64,000 nucleotides of DNA from an uncultured Bacteroidales bacterium (lineage in GTDB: Bacteria; Bacteroidota; Bacteroidia; Bacteroidales; UBA10428), in NCBI GenBank assembly GCA_963781805.1, contig CAWAHF010000004.1, positions 2,311,688-2,375,687 on the forward strand, read 5' to 3'. The translations under genes and the position numbers were made by a program. The notes beneath the pieces were generated by a model. It saw nothing but the letters and a program-made list of their open reading frames with translations. It did no database searches and was not told the DNA's origin. Shown in pieces: positions 28,431 through 37,129 of the stretch (position 1 is the stretch's first letter; each line of letters begins with the position of its first letter).

Positions 28431-28718
28431 TTAAATTTCTTCGGTTTCTACTATCTTGGCAAGAACATCGGCATAAGGAAGTATCAGGTACTTTTTACCT
28501 TCAAATTCCACCTCAGTACCGCTAAAAGCTTTAAACAATACCATATCTCCAGGTATGATTTCCGCATTTTCAATCACGCCCATCCATACCAATCTGGCAA
28601 ATTTGGGTTTTTCTTTAGCGCTTTCAGGTATAATAATACCTGAAGGCGTTTTTTGTTCAATTTCCGATTCTGTAATATCAAGAACAACGTTCTGATTTAC
28701 TGGTAATAACTCTTTCAT
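28431..28718 (-). CDS. GroES/Cpn10-like co-chaperonin, with no adjacent groEL
   Basis: 95 aa. Aligns by eye with E. coli GroES: GIIIPESAKEKPKFARLVWMG vs [21 protein letters not shown], and PGDMVLF...YLILPYADVLAKIV vs VGDIVIF...VLIMSESDILAIV. Confidence 0.7.
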   Translation of the reverse strand: MKELLPVNQNVVLDITESEIEQKTPSGIIIPESAKEKPKFARLVWMGVIENAEIIPGDMVLFKAFSGTEVEFEGKKYLILPYADVLAKIVETEEI

Positions 28719-28747
28719 AATTTACTATTTTTTTGAATTATATTTTC

Positions 28748-29326
28748 TTATTGAATTTCAAGTAATTCTTTCAATCGTGGCTGGTTAAAACCCACAACGA
28801 CTTCACCGTTTATTTCAGTCTGTGGTACTCCCTGCTGACCGGTTCTGCGAACAAGTTCCTGAGCAGCTTTTTCATCACGTGACACATCAATATCTGAATA
28901 GGGAATTCCGTTTTTCCGTAACCACGATTTAAGTGTGTTGCACCAACTGCATGTTGGAGTTGAATAAACAGTAACCCTTTTGGGAGCTTTTCCTTCAGCT
29001 TTCATCTTTGCCTGGTATACCGCGCTTTCAAAAAGCGCTTTATAATAAGAACTTCCATGGCAACCCTGAATAACATTCTTATAGATTCCATTTTCAAAAA
29101 TCAGCAACGAAGGAGTACTGGTAATTCCATACTGTGGATGAATATCCCTGACTGAACTTATATCGGCAGTGAAAACCGGCAACGATGTTTCGCTCTGTTC
29201 AGCCAATTCAAGACTTTTCAATGCACATTGACTGAGTTCACTATCAGGTTTATATAATAATAAAAACGATTTTTCTGTTTTTGCAGATTTCTGAATAAAA
29301 TCAGCTTGTGAAATCACTTTTTCCAT
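28748..29326 (-). CDS. Two-domain redox protein: thioredoxin-fold N-domain with no CxxC (one Cys near the usual active-site position), plus glutaredoxin-like C-domain (CSWC)
   Basis: 192 aa. The C-terminal VTVYSTPTCSWCNTLKSWLRKNGIPYSDIDV...GVPQTEINGEVVVGF is NrdH/YruB glutaredoxin-like. Confidence 0.7.
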   Translation of the reverse strand: MEKVISQADFIQKSAKTEKSFLLLYKPDSELSQCALKSLELAEQSETSLPVFTADISSVRDIHPQYGITSTPSLLIFENGIYKNVIQGCHGSSYYKALFESAVYQAKMKAEGKAPKRVTVYSTPTCSWCNTLKSWLRKNGIPYSDIDVSRDEKAAQELVRRTGQQGVPQTEINGEVVVGFNQPRLKELLEIQ

Positions 29327-29332
29327 AATTTG

Positions 29333-29752
29333 TTAGTTGACTTTTTTAATTGCTTGTAAAAGAAATTCTTTGTTTTTTACTCCGACATAACGATTTACTT
29401 CAACACCATTCTTAAAAAGAATCATGGTTGGAATTCCTCTGATTTTGAACTTTTGTGCAAGCTCCTGATATTGTTCAACGTTAACTTTTCCAACGTGTGA
29501 ATTGCCATTTAACTCCGCGGCTATTTCGTTCAGCACCGGAGCCATAATCCGGCAGGGCGCACACCATGCTGCCCAGAAATCAACCAGAAGGACTTTGTTT
29601 TTTGTTTGATTATTAAAATTTTTATCCGTAAGGGTCACAATTTTTTCATGATCACTAACCATTGGTATGTTCTTCATTTTCAATCTTGCCAGAAAAATCA
29701 GAATTCCAATCCCAAGGATAACCGAACCTAGAATAATGAATATTGTATGCAT
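29333..29752 (-). CDS. Membrane-anchored thioredoxin
   Basis: 139 aa with an N-terminal TM helix, then a thioredoxin domain with WCAPCR. Confidence 0.85.
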   Translation of the reverse strand: MHTIFIILGSVILGIGILIFLARLKMKNIPMVSDHEKIVTLTDKNFNNQTKNKVLLVDFWAAWCAPCRIMAPVLNEIAAELNGNSHVGKVNVEQYQELAQKFKIRGIPTMILFKNGVEVNRYVGVKNKEFLLQAIKKVN

Positions 29753-29753
29753 A

Positions 29754-30713
29754 CTATATTGTAATTAAGTTCTTTTGTTTTGATTTAATTTCGTGCAGGT
29801 AATTTGATACGGCAAGTGCGGCCACTGTTCCATCGCCTACTGCTGTGGTTACCTGTCTGAAACGTTTGGCTATGCTGTCGCCAGCGGCATAAATACCTTC
29901 AATATTCGTCGACATATCAGGTTTTACTACAATCTCGCCCCATTTATTTAACTCAACCGCATGTTGCAGGAATTCCGTATTGGGAATGTATCCGATAAAA
30001 ATAAATGTTCCATCGGTTTTTAAATTGTAACTTTCACCCGTGTTCAGATTTTTAATATCAACACTTTCCAGGCTTTCAGTTCCATGAAATTTAGTAATTA
30101 CCGACTCCATAATAAACCTGATTTTCGGATTGGATTCCGCCTCTTCCACAGCATGTTCAAATGCTTGAAAATAGCTGAACTGGTGTATTACTGTAACTTT
30201 TAAAGCATATTTGGTAAGCGATACAGCTTCTTCAAGCGCTGAATTACCGCCTCCCACCACTACTATTTCTTTATCTGTAAAAAAATCTCCGTCGCACGTG
30301 GCACAGTATGAAATTCCTTTTCCTTTAAACAGATCTTCACCGGGAACTCCCAATGTACGTGACCTGCCTCCGGGACTGAGTATTATACTGTCAGCAGTAT
30401 AGGTGATACCATCGGAAAGGATTATGTTCTTTATTTCACCGGACAAATTGATGTTTTTGACGGAAACATTTGATTTTATTTCACAACCAAATGTCTTCGC
30501 CTGTTTTTTCATGATGCTGGCCAATTGATATCCGCTGATATTCTCAACTCCCGGATAGTTGGCTATTTCATGAGTCAGTATCATTTGTCCGCCCACAATA
30601 CCTTCATCCACAATCAATGTTTTCAACCTTGCACGTGACAGGTATATACCAGCGGTCAGACCGGCAGGACCTGAACCAATAACAATGGCATCGTAATGAG
30701 TTAATGAATTCAC
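29754..30713 (-). CDS. trxB: Thioredoxin-disulfide reductase
   Basis: 319 aa. FAD site GSGPAG, redox disulfide CATCDG, NAD(P)H site GGGNSALEEA. Confidence 0.9.
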   Translation of the reverse strand: MNSLTHYDAIVIGSGPAGLTAGIYLSRARLKTLIVDEGIVGGQMILTHEIANYPGVENISGYQLASIMKKQAKTFGCEIKSNVSVKNINLSGEIKNIILSDGITYTADSIILSPGGRSRTLGVPGEDLFKGKGISYCATCDGDFFTDKEIVVVGGGNSALEEAVSLTKYALKVTVIHQFSYFQAFEHAVEEAESNPKIRFIMESVITKFHGTESLESVDIKNLNTGESYNLKTDGTFIFIGYIPNTEFLQHAVELNKWGEIVVKPDMSTNIEGIYAAGDSIAKRFRQVTTAVGDGTVAALAVSNYLHEIKSKQKNLITI

Positions 30714-30717
30714 AGTT

Positions 30718-31074
30718 TTATGCTTTTACGGTTGCTGAAATTTCTTTGTCAAGAATTGCTTTTACCTGGTCTCTTGTCTGAATGCTCGAAGTAGCTTTTA
30801 CTACCTTTCCGTTCTTGTAATAAATAGTAAAAGGAATGCCCATAAAACCTCTTACTTCGGGAAGGTTTCTGATAACATGCGATTCCGGATTATCAAATTC
30901 CATGTCATAAAATTTTACATCTTTGTATTCATCTTCAAGTTCTTCTGCAATACCATAAACTGGTATACACATAGGCCCCATACGACCGCATATTACCATT
31001 ACATTTTCATTTTCGTTGATAATTTTAGCATGATCTGCTGCTGTTTCGATGTGTTTTAAATTTGTATACAACAT
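30718..31074 (-). CDS. Thioredoxin-fold protein with an atypical active-site region (CGRMGPMC)
   Basis: 118 aa with a thioredoxin-like layout. The canonical WCGPC is replaced by C-x6-C. It is the first gene of the operon. Confidence 0.55.
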   Translation of the reverse strand: MLYTNLKHIETAADHAKIINENENVMVICGRMGPMCIPVYGIAEELEDEYKDVKFYDMEFDNPESHVIRNLPEVRGFMGIPFTIYYKNGKVVKATSSIQTRDQVKAILDKEISATVKA

Positions 31075-31153
31075 GACTTTTTTGTTTTAAAATTATGATA
31101 CAAAGTTAGATTGTATAATACATTAATTTATGGTTTTTACCCCCGGACACAAC

Positions 31154-31180
31154 AACCTGTAAATTGATTTAGAACAGGTT
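31154..31180. promoter_or_regulatory. Inverted repeat in the divergent trx-operon / crp-fnr intergenic region
   Basis: aacctgt-N13-acaggtt. TAACTTTG (TAnnTTTG -7 box) occurs on both strands nearby, at 31197-31204 (+) and 31101-31108 (-). Confidence 0.35.
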
Positions 31181-31227
31181 TTTTATTGAATTGGATTAAC
31201 TTTGCAGATTCATTTTATGGATAATTA

Positions 31228-31923
31228 ATGAAAACTATTCTCGAGACTGATCAGGATTTTATTTGCGATATACAGGCTCCATGCTTCCAGATGCTTTCAC
31301 ACGAAGAAGTTGTGCTGGTAAGGGCCAGTAAGACCCAGGTATTGTTTCGAAAGGGAGATAACCTCACCAAACAGGGGGCATTTGCATCTTATGTATTGTT
31401 TATCATCAATGGGTTGGCCAAACAATACATTGAAGGTGGCAGTCTGAAAAACTTTAATTTAAGGATTATCAAACCGGGCGAATTTGTTGGCCTTTCAGCG
31501 GTTTTTACCAAAAACACTTTCAATTATTCATCTGTTGCCCTGACTGATTGCCAGGTTTACCTGGTGGAGAAAGAGGCCATTGCCAATATTGTTAAACAAA
31601 ATGGAGCATTCGGTTTTAGCATTATTAAAAGGTATTGTGAACAAGATGCAAATTTGTTTGATACATTGCGGAACATGATGTACAAACAAATGAACGGTCG
31701 CATGGCAGATACCTTATTATATATAGATGGTTTAAAAAATGAATATCCTGAAATCTTTCACCTGCTGTCACGCAAAGATATCGGCGATTTTACAGGAGTA
31801 TCCACCGAAAGTGCAGTGAAATTGCTAAAGACGTTTGAAAAGGATGGATTTATTAAACTCAATGAAAAGGATATCACTCTAATCAATCATTCTGGTTTGC
31901 AGGAAATAAGTAAAAGAGGATAA
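31228..31923 (+). CDS. Crp/Fnr-family transcriptional regulator
   Basis: 231 aa. Has a cNMP-binding-like beta-roll and a C-terminal HTH (RKDIGDFTGVSTESAVKLLKTFEKDG). Confidence 0.85.
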   Translation: MKTILETDQDFICDIQAPCFQMLSHEEVVLVRASKTQVLFRKGDNLTKQGAFASYVLFIINGLAKQYIEGGSLKNFNLRIIKPGEFVGLSAVFTKNTFNYSSVALTDCQVYLVEKEAIANIVKQNGAFGFSIIKRYCEQDANLFDTLRNMMYKQMNGRMADTLLYIDGLKNEYPEIFHLLSRKDIGDFTGVSTESAVKLLKTFEKDGFIKLNEKDITLINHSGLQEISKRG

Positions 31924-32300
31924 AGCCATATCAATCCTGATTGTTTAGTTAATCATGCTGCGTGTCAAGTTTTTTTTAATCCACAAGTACAAGCACACTT
32001 CCCCAAGTCCTCTTTTTTAAGGAGGATTAGTTTAAAAGTGACTCAAAAATCCTATTTCAAAATTAGTAATGCTAATTTGCCAAAGCTAACTCCCCCTTTT
32101 ATAAGGGGGAATTGCTCTAGTGTTAAAATGATCACGGTAATGTATTTAGTAGAATTTATTCGAACTTAACTAATACTTTAAGAAATCCCTTGGCGAAATT
32201 ATTATATGATTCACCTGACAATATTCTCAACAATGTACTGCCATCTATACTCCATTCTTTGCAAATCTTACTATTTTTACCTCTAATTCATAAGGTGTAA

Positions 32301-34772
32301 ATGTTCTATCCGGAAAATTTCGAAAATAAGATAGGTTTTGACAGAATCAGAGAGATGTTGAAAGAACATTGTCTTTGTACACTGGGTATTGCTCATGTAG
32401 AATCTATGGCCATGACAGATTCGTTTGAGCTCCTTGATCAACTTTTAAATGAGACTGCCGAATTTAGGGATATCTGTCAATTTGAAGATAATTTTCCGGT
32501 AGACAATTATATTGATGTTAGTATTAGTCTTAAAAAAGCGAGGGTAGAAGGCGCATTTCTTGAAACCGAAGAAGTTTTCAACCTGAAAAAATCGCTGGAT
32601 GCTATTAAATCGGTTCTTCGGTTTTTTAAGGAACTTGAAGAGAAGGAAAAATATCCGATACTCAGAAAACTTGCGGGAAATGTAAATTTCTTTCCATTTG
32701 TGCTCGAAAAAATTGATGCCATACTTACAAAAACGGGAAGAATAAAAGACAATGCATCACCCGATCTGCAAAAAATCAGAAAGGAAGTTATACAGAAACA
32801 GTCATACGTAAATAAACGGCTTTTAAGCATTTTAAAAAATGCACAGCAAAGCGGAATAGCCGAGCAGGATGCCACCCTTACCATCAGAAACGGAAGACTT
32901 GTTATTCCTGTGTCTGCAGCCAACAAGCGTAAAATAAGCGGCCTGATACATGATGAGTCAGCCACAGGTAAAACGGCATTTATCGAACCTGCTGATGTGG
33001 TGGAACTGAACAACGAAATTAAAGAACTGGAATATGCAGAACAGCGCGAAATCATTAAAATTCTAACCCTCTTTACCGATGCCATCCGACCATATATTGA
33101 TGATTTGGACCAGGCGTATTTATTTCTTGGTTATATCGACTTTTTAAGGGCAAAAGCCTTGTTTGCGATTAAGATTGGAGCAATCAGACCCGAACTTAAA
33201 AACAACCAGATGTTTCACTGGTCCAGGGCAATTCACCCGCTTCTCTATTTGTCTCACAAAAAAATCAATAAAGAGATAGTGCCGCTCGATATCAGACTCG
33301 AACACAACAGCAGAATCCTATTGATTTCCGGGCCGAATGCGGGGGGTAAATCTGTGTGTCTTAAAACAGTAGGGTTGCTTCAATACATGATGCAATGCGG
33401 CATGCTTGTGCCAATGAATATTGACTCATCCATGGGAATTTTTTCAAAAATCTTTATTGATATCGGTGATGAACAATCGCTCGAAAACGATTTGAGTACC
33501 TACAGTTCACATCTGTTGAATATGAAATATTTTGCAAAAAATGGCGACAAGCAAACCCTTATATTGATTGACGAATTCGGATCAGGCACGGAACCCATGC
33601 TGGGAGGCGCAATTGCTGAAGCCATCCTTGAGGAGTTTAATCAGAAAGAGATTTATGGGGTAATTACCACGCATTATGCCAACCTGAAACACTATGCCTC
33701 TTCTGCCAATGGAATTATAAACGGAGCCATGCTATTCGATACCGGACAGATAAAACCTCTCTTCAGGCTTGAGATTGGAAAACCCGGCAGTTCTTTTGCC
33801 ATAGATATTGCGCGAAAAATAGGGTTGCCTGAGGAAATTTTAAAAAATGCTTCCGAGAGGGTTGGTCAGGAACATATCCAGTTCGACAAACATCTGCGTG
33901 AAATTATCAGGGATAAAAGGTATTGGGTAGATAAACGGGATAAAATCAGGATAGCAGAAAAGAAACTGCAGGCACTAATAGATCAGTATACAGATGAGCT
34001 GAAACAAACCAAAAAACAGCAGAAAGAAATCCTCAGTCAGGCAAAACTAAAAGCAGAAGAGATGCTGGCTGGTATTAACAAGGAAATCGAAAATACCATC
34101 AGAATTATTAAAGAAAGTCAGGCGGACAAAGAAAAGACACGTGATGCGCGTAAAAATCTGGAACAGTTCAAAAGTAATCTTGCAGAACAGCCGATTATAG
34201 CTGATCCCACCCTGGAAGGCAAACTTGACAAAGCCGGCAAAATACGCAAAAAATTAGGTATTGAGGAGAATGCTCCTGAAGATAAAAAAAGACTAAAAGA
34301 AGAACGAAAAATAAAAACCGGCGATAAGGTCAGGCTTGTAAATCAGGATGTAATCGGTGAAGTGCTTGATGTTAATGGCGATAGCATTTTGGTAGCATTC
34401 GGAAACATGATAACCACCGTAAAAGAAATTCGGCTGCTCAGGGTAAATGAAGATGAAACAAAGAAAAGTGCCAAACAGAATTCACAAAGTTCCTTTGGAT
34501 ATAACCTCTCCGAAAGAAAACTCAATTTTAATTCGGATATTGATATCCGTGGCAAAAGAGCGGATGAAGCCATTGAAATAGTCAGAAGGCTGATTGATGA
34601 AGCCATCATGGTCTCGGTACGTGAATTGCGAATTCTTCATGGTAAAGGAAACGGTATTCTGAAACAGGTCATTCGCGAATATCTTCAGACGATGAATGTG
34701 GTAAGATCATGCAGGGATGAGCAGGTTGAATTTGGGGGTGCAGGGATAACGCTGGTTGAGCTGGATTTATAA
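32301..34772 (+). CDS. mutS2: Endonuclease MutS2 (MutS domain plus C-terminal Smr)
   Basis: 823 aa. Walker A GPNAGGKS, DEFGSGTEP, coiled-coil linker, and Smr domain (DIRGKRADEA...LRILHGKGNGILK). Confidence 0.9.
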   Translation: MFYPENFENKIGFDRIREMLKEHCLCTLGIAHVESMAMTDSFELLDQLLNETAEFRDICQFEDNFPVDNYIDVSISLKKARVEGAFLETEEVFNLKKSLDAIKSVLRFFKELEEKEKYPILRKLAGNVNFFPFVLEKIDAILTKTGRIKDNASPDLQKIRKEVIQKQSYVNKRLLSILKNAQQSGIAEQDATLTIRNGRLVIPVSAANKRKISGLIHDESATGKTAFIEPADVVELNNEIKELEYAEQREIIKILTLFTDAIRPYIDDLDQAYLFLGYIDFLRAKALFAIKIGAIRPELKNNQMFHWSRAIHPLLYLSHKKINKEIVPLDIRLEHNSRILLISGPNAGGKSVCLKTVGLLQYMMQCGMLVPMNIDSSMGIFSKIFIDIGDEQSLENDLSTYSSHLLNMKYFAKNGDKQTLILIDEFGSGTEPMLGGAIAEAILEEFNQKEIYGVITTHYANLKHYASSANGIINGAMLFDTGQIKPLFRLEIGKPGSSFAIDIARKIGLPEEILKNASERVGQEHIQFDKHLREIIRDKRYWVDKRDKIRIAEKKLQALIDQYTDELKQTKKQQKEILSQAKLKAEEMLAGINKEIENTIRIIKESQADKEKTRDARKNLEQFKSNLAEQPIIADPTLEGKLDKAGKIRKKLGIEENAPEDKKRLKEERKIKTGDKVRLVNQDVIGEVLDVNGDSILVAFGNMITTVKEIRLLRVNEDETKKSAKQNSQSSFGYNLSERKLNFNSDIDIRGKRADEAIEIVRRLIDEAIMVSVRELRILHGKGNGILKQVIREYLQTMNVVRSCRDEQVEFGGAGITLVELDL

Positions 34773-34921
34773 TTGTATATAGATTATTAGTTGATTTTTT
34801 AATTTGTTCTCAAAAAGTATTAGAAAACCTAATGAAGCAAAGGTACAACATGTTAAAATTGCTATATCTGATTTAAGATTGAGTTCTTACTAATTATTAT
34901 TAATTTTATAAAAAAAATGCA

Positions 34922-35164
34922 ATGAATCTGTTAGCAAAAAAACTTGAGTTAGTTCAAATGATAATAAATACACAAAAACCCTCGATATTGAAAAAAGTGG
35001 AAGATGTTTTATTGAAAGAAAAAAAAACCGATTGGTGGGATGAAATAAGTGAATCTGAGCGTAAAGCAATTGAGCAAGGAATTGCAGAAGCAGATAGGGA
35101 AGAACTTATACCTCACGAAGAAGTTATGAAAAAAGTTAGAGCGAAATTCAAATTTAATAAATGA
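34922..35164 (+). CDS. Putative antitoxin partnered with the ParE/RelE-like gene
   Basis: 80 aa and helical. Its stop overlaps the ATG of the downstream toxin frame (ATGA). Confidence 0.5.
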   Translation: MNLLAKKLELVQMIINTQKPSILKKVEDVLLKEKKTDWWDEISESERKAIEQGIAEADREELIPHEEVMKKVRAKFKFNK

Positions 35165-35457
35165 AAATTAGTTGGACTCCTACTTCTTTAAAAACCTAGT
35201 TTGCTGTGCTTAATTTTCTTGAAGAGACATGGTCTATCAGGGATGTAGAAAAGTTTATCAATGAGGTAGATAATATTCTTGAATTAATATCAAAAAAGCC
35301 ATACCTATTTGAAGCTTCAAGAAAAAGTAAAAATATTAGAAAAGGATTAATTACAAAACACAATACACTTTATTATAGAGTAAAACCTAAGAAACAAGAA
35401 ATTGAATTAATAACATTTTGGGATAACAGGCAAGATCCAAAAAAATTGATCCTTTAA
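35161..35457 (+). pseudogene. ParE/RelE-family toxin gene interrupted by an in-frame TAG at codon 13
   Basis: ATG 35161 reads MKISWTPTSLKT, then TAG at 35197-35199. The same frame continues FAVLNFLEETWSIRDVEKFINEVDNILELISKKPYLFEAS...HNTLYYRVKPKKQEIELITFWDNRQDPKKL. The ORF track only reports the GTG-started tail, 35206-35457. Confidence 0.7.
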
Positions 35458-35516
35458 AGAACAAATCCGTTTGCACTTAAATGCGTTCTTAAATTATTCC
35501 TTAAAAGAACTTTAAA

Positions 35517-37016
35517 CTAATAGATGATTTTTTTTGTGATCCATTTATTCATAAAAAAAAGTATTGTAATAACTATTCCCCACTGAGCCAGGCAGGTCAT
35601 AACACTGAATGGACTAAAAGGATTGAACCAGTCCTTTGGAGCAAAGACAGTTGCTGAAAGGAACAACCACCACAGAATAAGTAATGTACTTGCAATTGGG
35701 ATAAAAAATCTAATTAAAAAATCCCACCATTTTCCAGGAATCCAATCATTTGGGGAGTTAAATTCTTTTCTCAGATTATGAATACCAAGTCTTGTAGCTG
35801 CAAGTGCAATAAAGACTCCCGACATAATTAATCCAATACCCCAAACATAATCCTGATTACTTAGAAAATCAACACTTCGGGCAGAAGGAATGCCTGCTAA
35901 ATATGAAAAAATTAAAATGATGATTATTGCCTTTGATCTGTTAATACCCATATCAATAAAAACACGTGTTGAGAGCTCAAACATCGATATCAGTGATGAA
36001 AATCCGGCAAAAGTGAGTCCCAGAAAAAACAGTATGGCATACAATCTGCCAGGGTGCATGGTTGAAAAAAGCTGCGGCAACCAGATAAAGGTCAACCCGG
36101 TGGAAGCGGGTCCACTGGTTTTCATAACCTCCAAAACCTGTGCATCGGTATAATTATTAAAATGCTGCAATACAGAAAAAACGGTTCCGAAAATGACCAT
36201 AGCCATAATGATCGAAATGGTATTATTTCCTATCCCGGTAATAAATGCATTTTTTACTGTTCCATGCTGAATCTTCATGTAAGCCGCATAGGTTAAAAAC
36301 AATCCCCACCCTGCACCTGTATCCCAGGCATTCTGGGTAAGTGCCTGTAACCATATTTCAGGTTTTGAAAGCTGACTCCAATCCGGTGTAAAAAGATATA
36401 CAATGCCTTTTGTCGCTCCGGGTAAGGATAAAACTCTAATCAGTGCCAGTATGATAATCACCAGAAGTGAAGGGATTAATATCATATTAACACGTTCAAT
36501 TGATTTTACACCTTTCCATATTGCCCATCCTGCAAGTACTATTGCGATCGCATGAAACAAATATGTAGAGTTGTTTTGTTGAAAACTATTCCAGATTTCA
36601 GCTGAACCTGATGCATTTGCAGGAAGGGAATGAAATATAAAAAACCATGAATAGTATAAGGCCCATCCTACAATCACAGCATAGAAAAAAGCAATTCCCA
36701 TGGCAACAAGCGAGACAAATCCTCCCATCCATGCAAATCTTTTGCCTGCTGCTTTAATAAATGTACCTACCACACCATATCTAAACTTCCTTCCAAGCAG
36801 GTATTCCGCTATAATTAATGGAATACTCCAGATAAACAGAAATACAATCCAGGCAAGAATCAGTGAACCAGCTCCATTTTCGCTGCCATTTTGTGCTGCA
36901 ATCCTGGGAAACCGCCAGATATTACCAGTTCCTACTGCAATACCGAGTGCACTCAGCAGAAGTCCTATACGGGTAGAAAATCGTTGATGAACAGTCTGGT
37001 CTATTGGATTGCTCAT
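35517..37016 (-). CDS. Neurotransmitter:sodium symporter (NSS/SNF) family transporter
   Basis: 499 aa with the hallmark GTGNIWRFP and a multi-TM layout. Confidence 0.9.
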   Translation of the reverse strand: MSNPIDQTVHQRFSTRIGLLLSALGIAVGTGNIWRFPRIAAQNGSENGAGSLILAWIVFLFIWSIPLIIAEYLLGRKFRYGVVGTFIKAAGKRFAWMGGFVSLVAMGIAFFYAVIVGWALYYSWFFIFHSLPANASGSAEIWNSFQQNNSTYLFHAIAIVLAGWAIWKGVKSIERVNMILIPSLLVIIILALIRVLSLPGATKGIVYLFTPDWSQLSKPEIWLQALTQNAWDTGAGWGLFLTYAAYMKIQHGTVKNAFITGIGNNTISIIMAMVIFGTVFSVLQHFNNYTDAQVLEVMKTSGPASTGLTFIWLPQLFSTMHPGRLYAILFFLGLTFAGFSSLISMFELSTRVFIDMGINRSKAIIIILIFSYLAGIPSARSVDFLSNQDYVWGIGLIMSGVFIALAATRLGIHNLRKEFNSPNDWIPGKWWDFLIRFFIPIASTLLILWWLFLSATVFAPKDWFNPFSPFSVMTCLAQWGIVITILFFMNKWITKKIIY

Positions 37017-37129
37017 AAAAAATTTAGTTCAGAATATGTCTCTGCAACCACTCTTAATCAATGGCTGAATTAATCATCCCAACAAAAATATAGTAACCCG
37101 GTTCAGCCTGAGATAAATGTAAAATTTAC

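Noticed and set aside
32507-33085. 192-aa antisense ORF inside mutS2, and similar antisense ORFs inside other genes such as 3526-3885, 4952-5395, 11098-11508, 39094-39460, 52678-53043 and 56118-56507
   Set aside because: These are shadow ORFs on the opposite strand of well-supported genes. They have low-complexity or S/L/R-rich composition and no recognisable motifs.
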